From: a virus
Virus record (IMG/VR): IMGVR_UViG_3300025890_000011
DNA length: 32,593 nt
Direction: 5' to 3' (one strand)
Shown here: positions 31,462-32,593 of the stretch, one piece after another
Layout: the number at the start of each line of letters is the position of its first letter
How positions within the stretch are numbered: the stretch's first letter is position 1
Position numbers and translations under genes: made by a program
The notes under the pieces: model-generated
The model's input: the letters and a program-made list of their open reading frames with translations, nothing else
Database searches by the model: none
What the model was told of the DNA's origin: nothing

Positions 31462-32593
31462 TTATGGACAATCAGGACAAGTTTTTTGAATTAATGCAAA
31501 TCCATTCCACAAAAATGGTTCTGAAAAATTATGTACAATATAATTATTAGCATTTAATAATGTTGTACACGCTGAATCTGTATAAACTGCACTTGCCGAT
31601 CCTAATTCATTAGAATTTATATATATAGTTTTTGTTTTATCACCACAACAAGCATTGGTTAAACTTGTCGTAACATTTGCCACTATAGCTTTACATGGCA
31701 CCGTAGTTGTTGTAGTCGCTTGAGTTGTGGTTGTACTTATAAAAGCAATACATGCTGGACAATTGTCGAAAGATGTAAATTGAGTAACTAATCCATCTTC
31801 ACCTGATCCACCATCTACAGGATTACCAAAACAATCATTTCCATTAGTTATTACTGTTGGGAAACTATTTGTTGTATTTTTTACCGCTAAAATAAAATCA
31901 CTTGCAGAACAATCAGATTCTAAACCTGTGTAAGTTTTAAAAAATTCAGTAGGTACAACAACTACAGGATCAATCTCTGCTGCACCATCAGGTTCATCTT
32001 CTACATTTCGACCATTTGCTAAATCACATGTATCAAAAAAATCAAATTTTTCATGAGCTGTTGGAAAACAACCTAAATTGTCAGTATCACTTGTAGTGGT
32101 TTTGTTTGTACCACGTAATAAATAATAAGTTTCACCTGATGATTTTTCTTTAACTGCTGCAGGAAAAACATCTCTATTATTACCTAAAACTCTTAATTCA
32201 CCAGCACCTTCGTTGCAATTTGTATATTCTCTAAAATATATCATTGTTGGACATGTATTACTTGCCACTGGTTGAGCACCACCACATTCAGCTACAATCG
32301 TTGGCAATCCTGTATTGCTATCTATATCTTGTGACTCAATTATAAAATAACAATTACTTGAATCCACAGACAATTGAAATCGTTTTGTTGTGCTTGGTAC
32401 AAAATCATCATTATACTGAACTAAACGTCTATCTTGTGAATTTTCTTTTTCCATTAGAAAAACATTAGGTTGAACTATATCTGGTTCACATGGCGGACAT
32501 TGTTGGACTGCTTGTAATTGAGTACCATTCCATTCTCTATATTTATTTTCATCTGCAGTTTTTATAAATTGTGAACCACCAGGTCCTGCTGCT
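31462..32593 (-). CDS. C-terminal part of the 1028-aa tail-tip protein (continuation of 1..2054 across the junction)
   Basis: The frame is open from 32593 down to the TAA at 31462..31464. The track ORF (ATG at 32454) is an internal Met (aa 699). The region is Cys-rich, with a Thr-rich linker and a terminal 'CPDCP'. Confidence 0.8.
   Translation of the reverse strand, partial: AAGPGGSQFIKTADENKYREWNGTQLQAVQQCPPCEPDIVQPNVFLMEKENSQDRRLVQYNDDFVPSTTKRFQLSVDSSNCYFIIESQDIDSNTGLPTIVAECGGAQPVASNTCPTMIYFREYTNCNEGAGELRVLGNNRDVFPAAVKEKSSGETYYLLRGTNKTTTSDTDNLGCFPTAHEKFDFFDTCDLANGRNVEDEPDGAAEIDPVVVVPTEFFKTYTGLESDCSASDFILAVKNTTNSFPTVITNGNDCFGNPVDGGSGEDGLVTQFTSFDNCPACIAFISTTTTQATTTTTVPCKAIVANVTTSLTNACCGDKTKTIYINSNELGSASAVYTDSACTTLLNANNYIVHNFSEPFLWNGFALIQKTCPDCP
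32495..32593. repeat. Second copy of the 99-nt terminal overlap (identical to 1..99)
   Basis: Same as above. An ORF reads through the junction in phase. Confidence 0.95.

Overview
The window is a complete, circularly closed genome of an AT-rich tailed dsDNA phage. It has 32,494 bp of unique sequence, and nt 1-99 are identical to nt 32495-32593. The morphogenesis genes are siphovirus-type with an HK97-fold capsid. Nearly all genes are on the minus strand and tightly packed, with overlapping stop/start codons (TAATG or ATGA). There are no Shine-Dalgarno sequences, and Bacteroidota-type TAnnTTTG -7 boxes are present, so a Flavobacteriia/Bacteroidota host is inferred.

Gene order along the minus strand:
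- a self-contained early unit (29707->29204) and an orphan 439-aa gene
- a Cys-rich protein and a Cro-like HTH protein
- an ERF annealase and a PD-(D/E)XK exonuclease
- a DnaA-domain-IV::VRR-NUC fusion, an HTH replication initiator and a T7 gp4-like primase-helicase
- a ParB-like protein overlapping a GT-B glycosyltransferase
- TerS, TerL, a portal with a 300-aa C-terminal extension, a MuF-like protein, the prohead protease and the major capsid protein
- a hairpin-insulated island of small genes that includes a PD-(D/E)XK endonuclease
- the head-tail connector genes
- an unusual 4.8-kb block (M15 endolysin, holin, fibre-like proteins, a membrane/secreted trio) that sits ahead of the major tail protein
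- the G/T chaperone with a -1 frameshift, and the tape measure protein
- a 1028-aa tail-tip protein that spans the window junction, followed by a second (GT-A-like) glycosyltransferase

Only two genes (29856-30475) are on the plus strand. No integrase, DNA polymerase, tRNA or CRISPR array was seen. All functional calls come from reading motifs by eye and from remembered family consensus patterns. No searches or computations were run.
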